From: Acidobacteriota bacterium
Lineage (GTDB): Bacteria; Acidobacteriota; Thermoanaerobaculia; Gp7-AA8
Length of the DNA stretch: 64,000 nucleotides
NCBI GenBank assembly: GCA_019244185.1
Contig: JAFATB010000020.1
Location: forward strand, 1-64,000
Reading direction: 5' to 3'
The first letter of the stretch is position 1. Each line of letters begins with the position of its first letter. The notes beneath the pieces are model-generated. The model ran no database searches. It saw only the letters and a program-made list of their open reading frames with translations, and was not told the origin of the DNA. Below are positions 28,801 to 38,647 of this stretch, one piece after another. A program made the position numbers and the translations under genes.

Positions 28801-28863
28801 GAAGCCATTCACGACGGTGACCCGCCGGCATTGTGGGCGGCCGTCCAACTGATCGGCAGCTAA
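25816..28863 (+). CDS. N-terminally anchored TPR + CHAT (caspase-like) protease
   Basis: SD GGAGGAGG + TTG; hydrophobic N-term; TPR-like helices (EALFNRALILEHLG); AERARARQLLD; CHAT dyad IHLATHG and VVAACSS; VVATLWDIDD; WAA. Confidence 0.88.
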   Translation: MLRKTRAVALLSVLAVAAAAALWWRTRTSDPLSLLVASMPRDARTLEGRITGGFAWAPLRHVTRTANASMLPAPSFAAAAALALHQATTDRSIEARRARAIALLFGGSTRQAVAELRELTDAAPSDARVFADYAAAECELAASTDNPSLLPDALAAVDTSLRLETAFPEALFNRALILEHLGLRDQAREAWERYLAIDTSSDWAAEARTRSRALAPVVPFRTVLEQSYARLAADPEAAHALARAEPQDARRYGETKILGNWADAEAANRHDEAERHLRVARELGAELFRNRGEGMLRGAVAAIDRADAAQRRHLVTAHQLFRDGQKAFMADHAAVAQTTLSRAQTEFESGGSPLALAAAYFVAHTYHALGDLSAARRRERELLTTAPAELPAHRAQLLWHLGLGHMSDGNWGDALLALRESVSIFERLGETEFATTVRELIAEVDDRTGDHASAWAERIVALKQIGRTSTTRLEMALDFVARDGIAKRQWGVATSFLELAADVATRVDDPAVEVEMRTLQARALAQAHATASAAMAIERARAAASRLDDAAARESADADIRAAEAIVAASPHEAVRLLDAAIEYHRTHGRRIRLPDMLLSRARAFGALGDDVRAAADLEAGVVQLETARESLPPGAQRWGAFDAAEELFEDAIALALRRADTRAAFLYAERARARQLLDALGGAAPATVPMPVDPDVAIVEYFPLPRTLIIFVMTRDGLTAVQEAVSRETLERDTERFRRALPLATNTTVGGLSRSLHRRLVEPIERFVANKTELVLVGGPAIAATPFAALTDRGGRFLIEEHALVIAPSASVYARMGARKIETARAPRVLVVANPSVDGSDPLPAADREASAVASLYADATRLTNSSATAMAFTAGASAANVIHLATHGVLPDDKRGNAGLMFTGGRLDVPAIAALRLTRTTTVVVAACSSARGPVRPEGTISVARAFLAAGVPSVVATLWDIDDDQSARFFPLVHAQLARGVRAADALRTAQLEAIHDGDPPALWAAVQLIGS

Positions 28864-28877
28864 AGAAGGAGGCATTC

Positions 28878-29696
28878 ATGTCCGAAGTCGAAAGCGTTTC
28901 CTCGGCCGATGCATCGGTCAACCAGCCAAAGAGCTACGACGTTCTGTTCGTGGGCCTGGTGTGTTTCGTGACGGAGAAAGACGGGGTTCGTCCCGTGCTG
29001 TTGCCCGACGGCACGGCACCGACAAACGAAGACATCGAACCGCATTTTCCGTACGTCATCGTCGATCCGCAGTTCATCCTCGATCGCTCGGGATGGGAGA
29101 CGGACGACCCCGATATCGCGGCTTTCATGGAAGACGGCATTTTTCGCCTGCCGAAAGGTGTGCTTCAGCTCAATGGCATCGATGGCAGCGGGTTGGAGAC
29201 GTCTCAGCACGACCAATTCGTTCCGTCGTTACGCGCCGCGGATGACACGGCACGCCTCGCTCGGCATCCGAATGCGATCGTCGAGTTGACACTTCAGAGC
29301 GGAAAGCTACAGGCGTTTCGACGGCCGGGGCAGTCCGCCGCAGAGCGTGAGAGCCACGACGTCGCCGTCGTCTCCCTGTTGACGGTCGATCACGGCGACG
29401 AGATCACCGTCAGCGTTCGTAGTGAAGAAGGCAACCGGCTGCTACGGCTGAAACCCGGTACGGATGTCGCCATCGCCAATATCGCATTGCCGGTCGATGA
29501 GACGAAGACAGCGAGCCATTTCCCGATCTACGCGCAGTTGGTGGAGTCGCGGCGCCTGCAGGACAACGCTCGCGGGATTGCTCCGGACGCGCCGGAGCTG
29601 CCGGGCACGCGTTACGTGTTCTCGCCGGAACTCGGCCTACCGATCAACGACGGCACGGCAAAGTGCGGAAACCAGGGTTGTTGTCCGAAGCCGTAA
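28878..29696 (+). CDS. Hypothetical protein immediately downstream of the CHAT protease, with Cys-rich C-terminal tail
   Basis: SD AAGGAGG; acidic beta-rich sequence ending AKCGNQGCCPKP; no family recognised. Confidence 0.7.
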   Translation: MSEVESVSSADASVNQPKSYDVLFVGLVCFVTEKDGVRPVLLPDGTAPTNEDIEPHFPYVIVDPQFILDRSGWETDDPDIAAFMEDGIFRLPKGVLQLNGIDGSGLETSQHDQFVPSLRAADDTARLARHPNAIVELTLQSGKLQAFRRPGQSAAERESHDVAVVSLLTVDHGDEITVSVRSEEGNRLLRLKPGTDVAIANIALPVDETKTASHFPIYAQLVESRRLQDNARGIAPDAPELPGTRYVFSPELGLPINDGTAKCGNQGCCPKP

Positions 29697-29719
29697 AGCA
29701 GACGGCGGCGTTCATCCGG

Positions 29720-30718
29720 TCACAGGGGTTCGACGCGCAGGTCCGACAACACCCTCGAGATCGGATTCACGTACGAAAACCCGTGGTTGAACGCGCCACC
29801 CTGCAGGCTGTGGGCAAACAGAAGGCCGACTGCCTGCTGGTTATCGTCATAGACGAGCGAACCGCTGTCGCCGGGTTCCGAGAAACGTTTCGCGGCGACG
29901 GTCGACTCGACTTCGAGCTGATTCTCAAACGGCACCCGATTGAGATGCGGCCCGTAGCTCAGGACTCGGAACGTGTCGAAGTCGAACGACACGACGTGCC
30001 CGTGCGTCTCACCCGTTCCATCAGCGAACTTCGCAACGGCGAGCGGCTGAGGACCGAGCTGCGCGAGCGTAGGTTTCAAGTGTTTGCCGCCGGGCAATGA
30101 AGAAGGGTCGAAATGCTCCGTCGCCAGGGTCGCGAAGGCAGCGTCGACGAACCGTTCCCCGTTCACGCGCAGGTGGACGCAATGATGAAATCTACCGACC
30201 GTCGGATTCGTCTCCGAACCACCGGGATGGACGATCGGATCGTTCGGCGCGGCGTCATCGAGCATGGCGATCACGTGATTTGCGGAGACAAATCCCTTCG
30301 TGTGGTCGTCCACCGAACGCGCAAAGAATCCGAGCGTGCCGGCGCGCGTCTGAAAGTGACTCACCGACGATCCGATGTGCAATGGATTCCCATCGCCCCC
30401 GCCCGCGCTGTCCGCGAGTGCGATTGCGTGCACCGGCCCGGTGTGCTGCGCATCGATGTCAGCCGCGGACAACGGGATTCCGACCGTGTCGGCGGAGCGT
30501 GTCAGCCAATGCAGCACGCGTTCTGCGGACAACGCGTTCCATTCGGGATCGCGGTAGCGCACCGCGAGTTTGAAGTCACCGGGGGCTTGTCCGTATGCGA
30601 TCCCGATCGACACGGACGGGAAAGGGATCGCGCGGAACAGTTCGGATGCGAGATCGACCGTCTGCGGCGCCAGCGTCCGCAGATGCGCTTTGATGGCTCG
30701 AACCGCGGCAAGTTGCAT
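29720..30718 (-). CDS. Trypsin-like serine protease (S1/Nal1-like), no signal peptide
   Basis: AGTLG, SANHV (His), VDAA (Asp), PGDSGSL (Ser); SD GGAGG. Confidence 0.85.
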   Translation of the reverse strand: MQLAAVRAIKAHLRTLAPQTVDLASELFRAIPFPSVSIGIAYGQAPGDFKLAVRYRDPEWNALSAERVLHWLTRSADTVGIPLSAADIDAQHTGPVHAIALADSAGGGDGNPLHIGSSVSHFQTRAGTLGFFARSVDDHTKGFVSANHVIAMLDDAAPNDPIVHPGGSETNPTVGRFHHCVHLRVNGERFVDAAFATLATEHFDPSSLPGGKHLKPTLAQLGPQPLAVAKFADGTGETHGHVVSFDFDTFRVLSYGPHLNRVPFENQLEVESTVAAKRFSEPGDSGSLVYDDNQQAVGLLFAHSLQGGAFNHGFSYVNPISRVLSDLRVEPL

Positions 30719-30771
30719 GGTGACCTCCTCGCTTCGCGTGTCGTAGGAGGGACGTACGCGCCGGTTCTCCC

Positions 30772-33700
30772 CTACTCTCGCACCGCAATGTTGTACTTCT
30801 GAATCTTCGACTTCAACGTATTGCGCGCGAGGCCCAGCCTTCGCGCCGCCTCGCGGATGCGGCCGCCGGAGGTTTCGAGGGCGCGCAGGATGAGTTGTTT
30901 GTCGACGGTGGACATGACCTCGTCGTAGACGTCGCTGGTGATGTCGAGCTTGCCGACCATCGGCGTCAGCAGCGCGCCGGAGGGGGCGCTCGATTCGGTT
31001 TGCACCACGCTGCCGGAGTCGTTGCGCAGGCTGTAGAACTCGGTCTTGGTCATCATGTCGCCGTTGGACATGACGATAGCGCGGTGGAGCGTGGCCTCGA
31101 GCTCGCGCACGTTGCCGGGCCAGTCGTAGCGCATGAAGAGATCGAGCACGCCGGGCTCGAGGCGCTTGTTGTCGATGCCGAGGTCCTTGCAGATCTTGCG
31201 GATGAAATGCTCGGTCAGCAGCGGGATGTCGTCCTTGCGGTCGCGCAGCGGCGGGAGCATCACCGGGATGATGTTGAGTCGATAGAAGAGATCCTCGCGG
31301 AACGTGCCCTCGTCGATCGCTTTCTCCATCTCGAGATTCGTCGCGGCGATGATCTTGACGTCGGTCTTGATCGTCTGCGTGCCGCCGACGCGCTCGAATT
31401 CCTTGTCCTCGACGACGCGCAGCAGCTTCGCCTGCATGGCCAGCGACATCTTCCCGATCTCGTCGAGGAAGATCGTGCCGTTGTTCGCGAGCTCGAAGCG
31501 TCCGAGCTTGCGGCGATCGGCGCCGGTGAAGGCACCCTTCTCGTGGCCGAACAGCTCCGACTCCGCCAGCGTTTCGGGCAGCGCCGCGCAGTTGAACTTG
31601 ATGAACGGTCCGTTCCGGCGCGGCGAGATGTTATGGATGATGCGCGCGATGAGGCCCTTGCCCGTGCCGGACTCGCCGCGCAGCAGCACGGTCGAGTGAC
31701 CCTGCGCGGCCTTCCGGATTGCGAACTGAATCTTCGCAACCTGTTCGGATTGTCCGACTACGGAGTCGAGATGCTTCTCGACCAGCACCTCGCGGCGCAG
31801 CGTTTCGTTTTCGAGTGAGAGGCGCGTGCGCGCTTCCTCGAGCTCCTCGTACAGCCGCGCGTTCTCGATCGCGATCGCGGCCTGATCGGCGAACGCCTCG
31901 AGGAAGCTGAGGTCCTTCTGCGAGAAGAGATGCCGCGCCTGGCGGTGATCGATGTAGATCGCGCCGCCGATGCGGTCCTTGCTGATGAGCGGGACGCAGA
32001 GGATGGAGAGGATGTTGTCCGCGATGACCGATTCCGATTCGACGAAGCGCTGATCCGCGCGCGCGTCGGCGGACATCACGGACTGCCCCGTCTGGATCAC
32101 TTCCTTGACGATCGACTGCGGCGAACGGCGCGCGTCGCCTTCCACCGATTCGCGGATGTTGCGCGCGACCCGCGTGCGTAGCGCGCCGGTCAGCGGATCG
32201 AGCAGGATGAGCATGCCGCGTTCCGCACGCAGGCGGCGGATGCAGACGTCGAGCACGCGATTGAGCACTTCCTCGAGGTCGAGCGTGGAGTTGATGATCT
32301 TTACGATTTCGTACAAACCGACGACGCCCTGATCGGGCGCCTTGCCGGCGGGGCGGATGCGGAACAGTGCGCCGCGCGCGCGTTCGAGATCGAGCGAGGC
32401 GTCGAGGCGTTCGAAGATGCGGATCGCGCTGCGGATGGTCTGCGTGGCCTCATCCGGTTCTTCTTTGAGGATGCCGATGTCGAACAGCAGCCGCGCGAGG
32501 TCGTACGGCGTATCGAGCTCCTCGAACGCGACGCGCGTGGCCTCAAACTTCGCGGCCGCGGCCTCGCGGTCGCCGCTCGAGCCGTGGATCTTCGCCCACA
32601 CCCAGTCGTTCTTGGCGAGCGAGTAGCGGTCGCCGAGCTGGCGGGCGTACGCCTCCGCGGTCTGCGCGTGCAACACGGCGCCGTCGACGTCGCCTTTCTG
32701 CAGCACGAGCACGGCCGCGGCGGTGTGTCCGCGCGTGAGACCGTGCAGCGTGCGATTCGCCTCGAAGATCTGCATCGCGCGCGTGAGCCACTTCTCCGAC
32801 TCGTCCGTGTTTCCGCGCTCGTCTTCGATCGACGCGAGCACATACGCGGCTTCCGCGATCAGATCCTCGTCGCGCGCGCGCTCGCCCGCGGCCATCGCCT
32901 TCTGTCCGTATTCGAGCGCCTTGGCGATGTCGCCTCGCTTCTTCGTGATGCGCGCGAGCGGCACGTAGACCGACAGCCGCGACGCGCGCGTTTCGTCGAA
33001 GCCTTCCAGCGCGACGCAGCGGCGGTACTGCTCGAGCGCCTCGTCCCAGCGGCCGAGCATCTCCAGCGCATCACCGAGGTTCTCGCGCGCCAGCGCCTCG
33101 TGATCGACGGCGCCGATCTTCTCGTCGATGCGCGCGGCGCGCTCGAAGAACTCGGATGCCGCGTGGAAATTGCCGCGTCCGTACTCGACGACGCCCACGT
33201 TGTTGTACGCGATCACCAAATCCCACAGATCGCCTTCAGCCTCGGACATCTCGAGGTTGCGGCGGAAGTACTGCAGCGCCGTGTCGCATTCGCCGAGCTT
33301 CCACAGCGTATTGCCGAGGTTCATCGACGCGACCTTGCAGAGCTGGTCGGAATGCAGGCGCTCGCCGATCGCGATCGCTTCCTCGAGGATCTCGCGCGAG
33401 CGCTGCCAGTTGCCGCGCGCGTACTCGATGAGGCCGAGCATGTTCTTGACGTAGCCGTAGACGACGGTTGGCTGCATCGACGTCTGCGACTCGAGCATCA
33501 AGCGCGCGCGCTCGGCGGTGTCGCGCGCGGCGTCGAGGTCGTCGCGCATGCGATGCAGCCAGGCGATGCGGTTGAGCATCTCCGCGACGTCGACGGTCTG
33601 CTCGAGGCGCTCGTAGATCGTCAGCGCGGACTGGTAGTACGTCATGGCCGCGTCCTGATCGCCGCGGCGCGCGAGCACCTTGCCGATCTTCTTCATGACG

Positions 33701-36081
33701 CGCGCGACGTCGACGTTCGCCTCCGAATCGGGATTGCGGCTCTGGATGCTCTTGAGCAGGAACTGGAACGCGTGGATCGCGCTGCGATAGTCGTCGCGGC
33801 GGTAGTACGCGTCGGCGAGCTTCTCGCGGACTTCCGCTTTTCTCGCTTCTTCGACGCCGCCGAGGTCCATGAGTTCGAGCGCGACGCGATAGAACTCGGT
33901 CGCCTCCTCGTGCGCGAGCGTGCGCGACGCGAGATCGCCCGCGTCGATCGAATAGCGCGTGCCGCGCTCGATGTCGTTCGCGCGCGCGAAATGGTACGCA
34001 ACTTGACCGATGAACTGCGTCGACGCGTCCTGCAGCGCGGGCTCGAGGGTCTCGCCGACGCGCAGATGCAACTCCGTGCGGCGGCGCTCCGACATCGCGT
34101 TGTAGACCGCGTCGCGCAGATGGATCTGCGGGAACGTGATCGTGCGGCCGTCGCTCGACTGGTCGAGCAGATTGAGTCGCGTCAGCGCGCGCACCGACGC
34201 GTACGTCTCTTCCGGCGTCGCGTCGCTGAGCTTCGTCAGCAGCTCGAACTCCATCGTCTCGCCGACGATCGAGGCGATCTCGAGGAGCCCGCGCTGTTCC
34301 GGCGGCAGCGCGTCGACTTTCTCCATCAGCATCGATGCGAGCCCGCCCGGCACGCGCAGCTGGCGGATGCGGTCCATGTCCGCGTTCCAGCCCGCGGGCT
34401 GCCACTGCAGATAGTCGTGCGTGATGAGGTAGTCGACGATGCGGCGGATGACGAGCGGCGAACCCGCCGACTCCCACTGCATCCATCGCACGAGCTCCTC
34501 GGAGACCTGCGTCTCGCCGAGGAGCGACTGCACGTGCTCGCGGACCAGCGCTTCGGTGAGCGCCTCGACGCGGACGAGCGGGAAGTTCCCTTCACGCGCG
34601 CGCTGCTCCCAGAACGAGAGGTTCGGCGACGCCGACTCGATCGCCGCCTCGCCGCCCGCTTCGAGCGTGAGCGTGCCGATGACCAGCAGGCGGTTCTGCT
34701 TCGCCTCGCCGACGAGATACGAGAAGAGCTCGGCCGTCGACGGATCGGCCCACTGCACGTCCTCGATGACGAGGATCAGCGGCGAGCCGCCGGTCTCGCT
34801 GCCGACGGAGAGGAAGCCGTAGATGTCCTGCATCGACTGCACGATGCGGTTGAAGAGACGGAACTTCTGGCCGTGCTGCGGCGAGTTCGTGTCGGGCCCC
34901 GCGCTCGCGGCGGCGACCGGCCGCAGGATGCGTCGCAGCTCTTCCGCGACGTCGACGTCGGGATTCACTGCCATCACCATCTGCTGGAAGATCTCGAAGA
35001 ACGGCGCGTAGATCGTCTTGCGGTTGACGGGGCAGCGTCCGCAGAAGACGCGCGCGCCGTCCATCTGCGCGCGCAGCGTCACGTCGCGCACGATGCGGCT
35101 CTTCCCCATTCCTTCGGCGCCGGCGAGGATGACGCCGTTGCCGCGTCCGTCGCGCGCCTCGGCGATGAGCGCGCTCAGTTGCTGCACTTCGTTCTTGCGG
35201 CCGATGAGCGGCGCCGCGAACAGCTCGCCGCGCCCGACCAGCAGCTCCGCGCGCGGCACGTTCTTCCCCGCGGCGTCGGCGACCGCCTGCAGCAGCGCGG
35301 CGGCGGACGGAAAGCGATGCCGCGGATCCTTCTCGAGCAGCTTCGTGATGATCTGCTCGAGCGCGTCGGGCACGCGCGGGTTGATCGACGACGGACGACG
35401 GATCTCGTCGTCGAGATGCATGCGCATCACTTCGATCGGCGGCTTGCCGTAGCCGGGCAGCGCGCCGGTGACCGTCTCGTAGAGCGTCATGCCGAGCGCG
35501 TAGAGATCGGCGCGCGAGTCGACGCGATCCTGGCGCAGGACTTCGGGCGCCATGTACTGCAGCGTGCCGCGGATCTGACGATCGAAGACCTGGCGGCTTT
35601 CGATGGCCAGGCCGAAGTCCATGATCTTCGCCTTGCCGTCGTCGCTCACGAGGATGTTCGACGGCTTCAGGTCGAGATGGATGATGCCGAGGTGGTGGAT
35701 GTGATGCAGACCGGAGGCGATCTGCAGGATGACGTCGTAGAGCGCGTCCCAGTTCTGGCCGTCGAAGAACTCCGTGATCCGGCGGCCGGGAAAGAACTCC
35801 ATCGTGAAGTAGGGATAGCGATCCTGCAGGATGCCGAAATCGAAGACCTTAATGACGCTTGCGTGCTCGAGCGAGGCGAGCGTCGCGAACTCGGTCTTGA
35901 ACTGCAGGAGCTTTTGCGGGTCGGCGATTTCGTGGCAGAGGATCTTGATCGCTTCGTCGCGGCGGTCGGGGACGTCGAAGACGCGATACACGCTCGTCTC
36001 GGGCGTCCGCTTGAGGACCGCGCGCACTTGATACCGCGGTGGAAGAAGGATTTCCGGAACGACGGATTCGCTCGCGTTCAT
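30772..36081 (-). CDS. Ser/Thr kinase - P-loop NTPase - TPR - GAF - sigma54 activator (AAA+) - Fis HTH
   Basis: HLDLKPSN, DFG, GTLQYMAPE; GAEGMGKS and LVIEDVQWAD; TPR array; GAF (SILCVPL...GAIYID); GESGTGK, ESELFGHEKGAFTGA, FLDEIG, WPGNVREL; C-terminal AARRLGLARNTL. Confidence 0.93.
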   Translation of the reverse strand: MNASESVVPEILLPPRYQVRAVLKRTPETSVYRVFDVPDRRDEAIKILCHEIADPQKLLQFKTEFATLASLEHASVIKVFDFGILQDRYPYFTMEFFPGRRITEFFDGQNWDALYDVILQIASGLHHIHHLGIIHLDLKPSNILVSDDGKAKIMDFGLAIESRQVFDRQIRGTLQYMAPEVLRQDRVDSRADLYALGMTLYETVTGALPGYGKPPIEVMRMHLDDEIRRPSSINPRVPDALEQIITKLLEKDPRHRFPSAAALLQAVADAAGKNVPRAELLVGRGELFAAPLIGRKNEVQQLSALIAEARDGRGNGVILAGAEGMGKSRIVRDVTLRAQMDGARVFCGRCPVNRKTIYAPFFEIFQQMVMAVNPDVDVAEELRRILRPVAAASAGPDTNSPQHGQKFRLFNRIVQSMQDIYGFLSVGSETGGSPLILVIEDVQWADPSTAELFSYLVGEAKQNRLLVIGTLTLEAGGEAAIESASPNLSFWEQRAREGNFPLVRVEALTEALVREHVQSLLGETQVSEELVRWMQWESAGSPLVIRRIVDYLITHDYLQWQPAGWNADMDRIRQLRVPGGLASMLMEKVDALPPEQRGLLEIASIVGETMEFELLTKLSDATPEETYASVRALTRLNLLDQSSDGRTITFPQIHLRDAVYNAMSERRRTELHLRVGETLEPALQDASTQFIGQVAYHFARANDIERGTRYSIDAGDLASRTLAHEEATEFYRVALELMDLGGVEEARKAEVREKLADAYYRRDDYRSAIHAFQFLLKSIQSRNPDSEANVDVARVMKKIGKVLARRGDQDAAMTYYQSALTIYERLEQTVDVAEMLNRIAWLHRMRDDLDAARDTAERARLMLESQTSMQPTVVYGYVKNMLGLIEYARGNWQRSREILEEAIAIGERLHSDQLCKVASMNLGNTLWKLGECDTALQYFRRNLEMSEAEGDLWDLVIAYNNVGVVEYGRGNFHAASEFFERAARIDEKIGAVDHEALARENLGDALEMLGRWDEALEQYRRCVALEGFDETRASRLSVYVPLARITKKRGDIAKALEYGQKAMAAGERARDEDLIAEAAYVLASIEDERGNTDESEKWLTRAMQIFEANRTLHGLTRGHTAAAVLVLQKGDVDGAVLHAQTAEAYARQLGDRYSLAKNDWVWAKIHGSSGDREAAAAKFEATRVAFEELDTPYDLARLLFDIGILKEEPDEATQTIRSAIRIFERLDASLDLERARGALFRIRPAGKAPDQGVVGLYEIVKIINSTLDLEEVLNRVLDVCIRRLRAERGMLILLDPLTGALRTRVARNIRESVEGDARRSPQSIVKEVIQTGQSVMSADARADQRFVESESVIADNILSILCVPLISKDRIGGAIYIDHRQARHLFSQKDLSFLEAFADQAAIAIENARLYEELEEARTRLSLENETLRREVLVEKHLDSVVGQSEQVAKIQFAIRKAAQGHSTVLLRGESGTGKGLIARIIHNISPRRNGPFIKFNCAALPETLAESELFGHEKGAFTGADRRKLGRFELANNGTIFLDEIGKMSLAMQAKLLRVVEDKEFERVGGTQTIKTDVKIIAATNLEMEKAIDEGTFREDLFYRLNIIPVMLPPLRDRKDDIPLLTEHFIRKICKDLGIDNKRLEPGVLDLFMRYDWPGNVRELEATLHRAIVMSNGDMMTKTEFYSLRNDSGSVVQTESSAPSGALLTPMVGKLDITSDVYDEVMSTVDKQLILRALETSGGRIREAARRLGLARNTLKSKIQKYNIAVRE

Positions 36082-36193
36082 TTGTATTGGGCTCAGAATA
36101 TAACCCACGATTGCATCGTGCGGGTCAGAAATGCGGCCACGGGAACAACTCTCGCGCCTCGTGTAGAATGCGCGGCAGTCGGTCCTCTCGCAG

Positions 36194-38647
36194 ATGGTCG
36201 AGACAACACAGGCGTTCGAGGGTTTCGAGATCGTGCGCGTCCTCGGCAAGGGCGGCATGGGAACGGTCTATCTCGCCCGCGACCAGCGCCTCGGCCGCCT
36301 CGTCGCGTTGAAGGTCCTGAACGCGGGTGAGCTCGCCTACCCCGACAAGCGCGCGCGGTTCCTGCGCGAGGCTCGATCGGCGGCCGCGGTGCGGCATCAG
36401 AACGTCGCCACGATCTACGACGTCGACGAGACGCCGGAAGGTCAGCCGTTCATCGTCATGGAGTACTGCGAAGGCGAAACGCTCTCGCAGCGCATCCGCC
36501 GCCGCGCGCTCGACACCGGCGAGTTCCTCTCGATCGCGCGGCAGATCGCGGCGGGACTCGCGGCCGCGCACGAGAAAGGGATCGTCCACCGCGACATCAA
36601 GAGCGCGAACATCATCATCGAGCCGACCGGCCAGGTGAAGATCCTCGACTTCGGTCTCGCGAAGTCGACGCCGCGCGCGCTCAGCGATCCCGGACTCGAA
36701 CGGACGTTCGAGTCGACGACGGGACACTTCTTCGGCACGCTGCACTTCGTCTCGCCCGAGCAGGCGCGCGGGCTCAACGCCGACGCGCGCAGCGATCTCT
36801 TCTCGGTCGGCGTCGTCCTCTATCAGATGGCCGCGGGGCACCTGCCGTTCAATGCCGAGGCGCCGCTGATGGTGCTGGATAAAATTCGGGATGGCGAGCC
36901 GGAACCATTCGTCCCCGTCGATCCGGCCTTCCCGAGTGCCGCCACGAAAGTCATCTCGCGCCTGCTGCAGAAGAATCCGCAGGACCGCTACCAGACCGCG
37001 CACGATCTGCTCTCCGATCTCGAGGAGATCGACACGCCGACGGTGCGCATGACCACGACGACGTCGCGCTCGACGCTGCGGCGCACGAAGCGTCGTCCGC
37101 TGTGGATCCGCGCGGCGCTGACGACGGCGGCGGCGCTCATCGTCGCCATCGCGATCTTCATCGTGCAGCGCAACGGCACGGGCGTGTCCTCGGAGCCGAC
37201 GTCGACCGCGCCGCCGCCGCCGATGCGCTCGATGGCCGTGCTCCCGCTGCGGAACATCGCCAACAGCACACGTGACGAGTTCCTCTCCGTCGGCCTCGCC
37301 GACGCGCTCGTGACGAAGCTCCAGCAGATCCCGTCGCTGCAGGTGCGGCCGACGTCCGCGGTGCTCGAGTATCAGGGCGCGAAGATCGACGCGAAGGAAG
37401 CGAGCGACAAGCTGAAAGTCGACGGCGTGCTCGAAGGCAACTTCCTCGCCGCGGGTGACCTCGTGCGCGTGACGCTGCAACTCACCGACTCGCGCACCGG
37501 CTTCTCGGTCTGGTCGGACTCGATCGACGGCCGCCGCGACAACCTCCTCAAACTGATCGACGAGGTGTCGACGCGCACGGTCACGGGCCTCAATCAGAAG
37601 ATGGGCGTGCAGGAAGCGGAGGATCGCGGCACGGAGGCGCGCTCGGCGAATCCGGCGGCGTACGAGGAGTATCTGCGCGCGCGTGCGCTCAACGGCAGCT
37701 TCGTGCCGCAACACTATCAGCAGCAGATCGCGGCGCTGAAGAAGGCGATCGCGCTCGATCCTTCCTTCGCCGCCGCCTATGCCGATCTTGCCACCACCCT
37801 CTCCCTCGGGCAGGCGCGCAGTCTCGCGTCGGCAGCCGACGTCACGAACGCGGAGTGGTACGCGCGGCAGGCGGTGCGACTCGATCCGAATCTCCCCGCC
37901 GCGCATCTCGCGCTGGGACGCGTGTTCGTGCGCGATCCGCATCGCTTCCGCGAGTCGGTGCGCGAGGCGCTCGCGGGACTGCGGCTGCACGGCGGCGACA
38001 CGCAGGCGCTGCACAGCGTCGTGACGTACTTCATCTCGACCGGAGATCTGCAGAAGGCCGAATGCGTCGGCGCGAAGCTCGTGCAGGCCGATCCGATGTC
38101 GAACGAGGCGCGCACGCGCGGCTACTGGTATGTCAACGCCGTCGATCCCGAGGGCGCGCTGCAGAACGCGCAGTACGCGCTGGCGACGAAAGACACCGCG
38201 CTGGCGGGACATGACATCCGCGGCATGGCGTTCCTCATGCGCGGCGATCTCGTCTCCGCGGACAAGGAAGCGAACGAGGCGTTGCGTCTCGTCCCCTCGC
38301 ACTACCTCGGCAAGAGCCTGAAGGCGATGATCGCGGCGGCGCAGGGCGATCGTCCGCGCGCGGAAACGTACATCAAGAGCTTCGAGGCCGACGCGGAACG
38401 CACGCACTGGGCCGCGCTGCGCATCGCGCTCTGCTACGCGAAGCTCGGCGACAACGCGCAGGCGCTGGTCTGGCTGCAGCGCACCGCCGACGGCGGCAAT
38501 CACAGCTGGTACGCGCTCGTGCGCCATCCGTGGCTGCAGCCGCTGCAAAGCACGCCCGAGTTCCAGAAGATCATCACCGGTATTAAGGCGGATCTCGATG
38601 ACGTGCGCGACGACGTCGTCGGCGTCTATCAGCTGATCTGCAAGTGA
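36194..38647 (+). CDS. Ser/Thr kinase with TM, TolB-like N domain and TPRs
   Basis: LGKGGMGTVY, HRDIKSAN, DFGLAK, SPEQ; TM helix; SMAVLPLRN; AYEEYLRAR; AIALDPSFAAAYA. Confidence 0.92.
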   Translation: MVETTQAFEGFEIVRVLGKGGMGTVYLARDQRLGRLVALKVLNAGELAYPDKRARFLREARSAAAVRHQNVATIYDVDETPEGQPFIVMEYCEGETLSQRIRRRALDTGEFLSIARQIAAGLAAAHEKGIVHRDIKSANIIIEPTGQVKILDFGLAKSTPRALSDPGLERTFESTTGHFFGTLHFVSPEQARGLNADARSDLFSVGVVLYQMAAGHLPFNAEAPLMVLDKIRDGEPEPFVPVDPAFPSAATKVISRLLQKNPQDRYQTAHDLLSDLEEIDTPTVRMTTTTSRSTLRRTKRRPLWIRAALTTAAALIVAIAIFIVQRNGTGVSSEPTSTAPPPPMRSMAVLPLRNIANSTRDEFLSVGLADALVTKLQQIPSLQVRPTSAVLEYQGAKIDAKEASDKLKVDGVLEGNFLAAGDLVRVTLQLTDSRTGFSVWSDSIDGRRDNLLKLIDEVSTRTVTGLNQKMGVQEAEDRGTEARSANPAAYEEYLRARALNGSFVPQHYQQQIAALKKAIALDPSFAAAYADLATTLSLGQARSLASAADVTNAEWYARQAVRLDPNLPAAHLALGRVFVRDPHRFRESVREALAGLRLHGGDTQALHSVVTYFISTGDLQKAECVGAKLVQADPMSNEARTRGYWYVNAVDPEGALQNAQYALATKDTALAGHDIRGMAFLMRGDLVSADKEANEALRLVPSHYLGKSLKAMIAAAQGDRPRAETYIKSFEADAERTHWAALRIALCYAKLGDNAQALVWLQRTADGGNHSWYALVRHPWLQPLQSTPEFQKIITGIKADLDDVRDDVVGVYQLICK

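Noticed and set aside
32584-36330. 1248-aa + strand ORF
   Set aside because: Antisense shadow of the kinase/sigma54 activator gene, typical of high-GC DNA, with no motifs.
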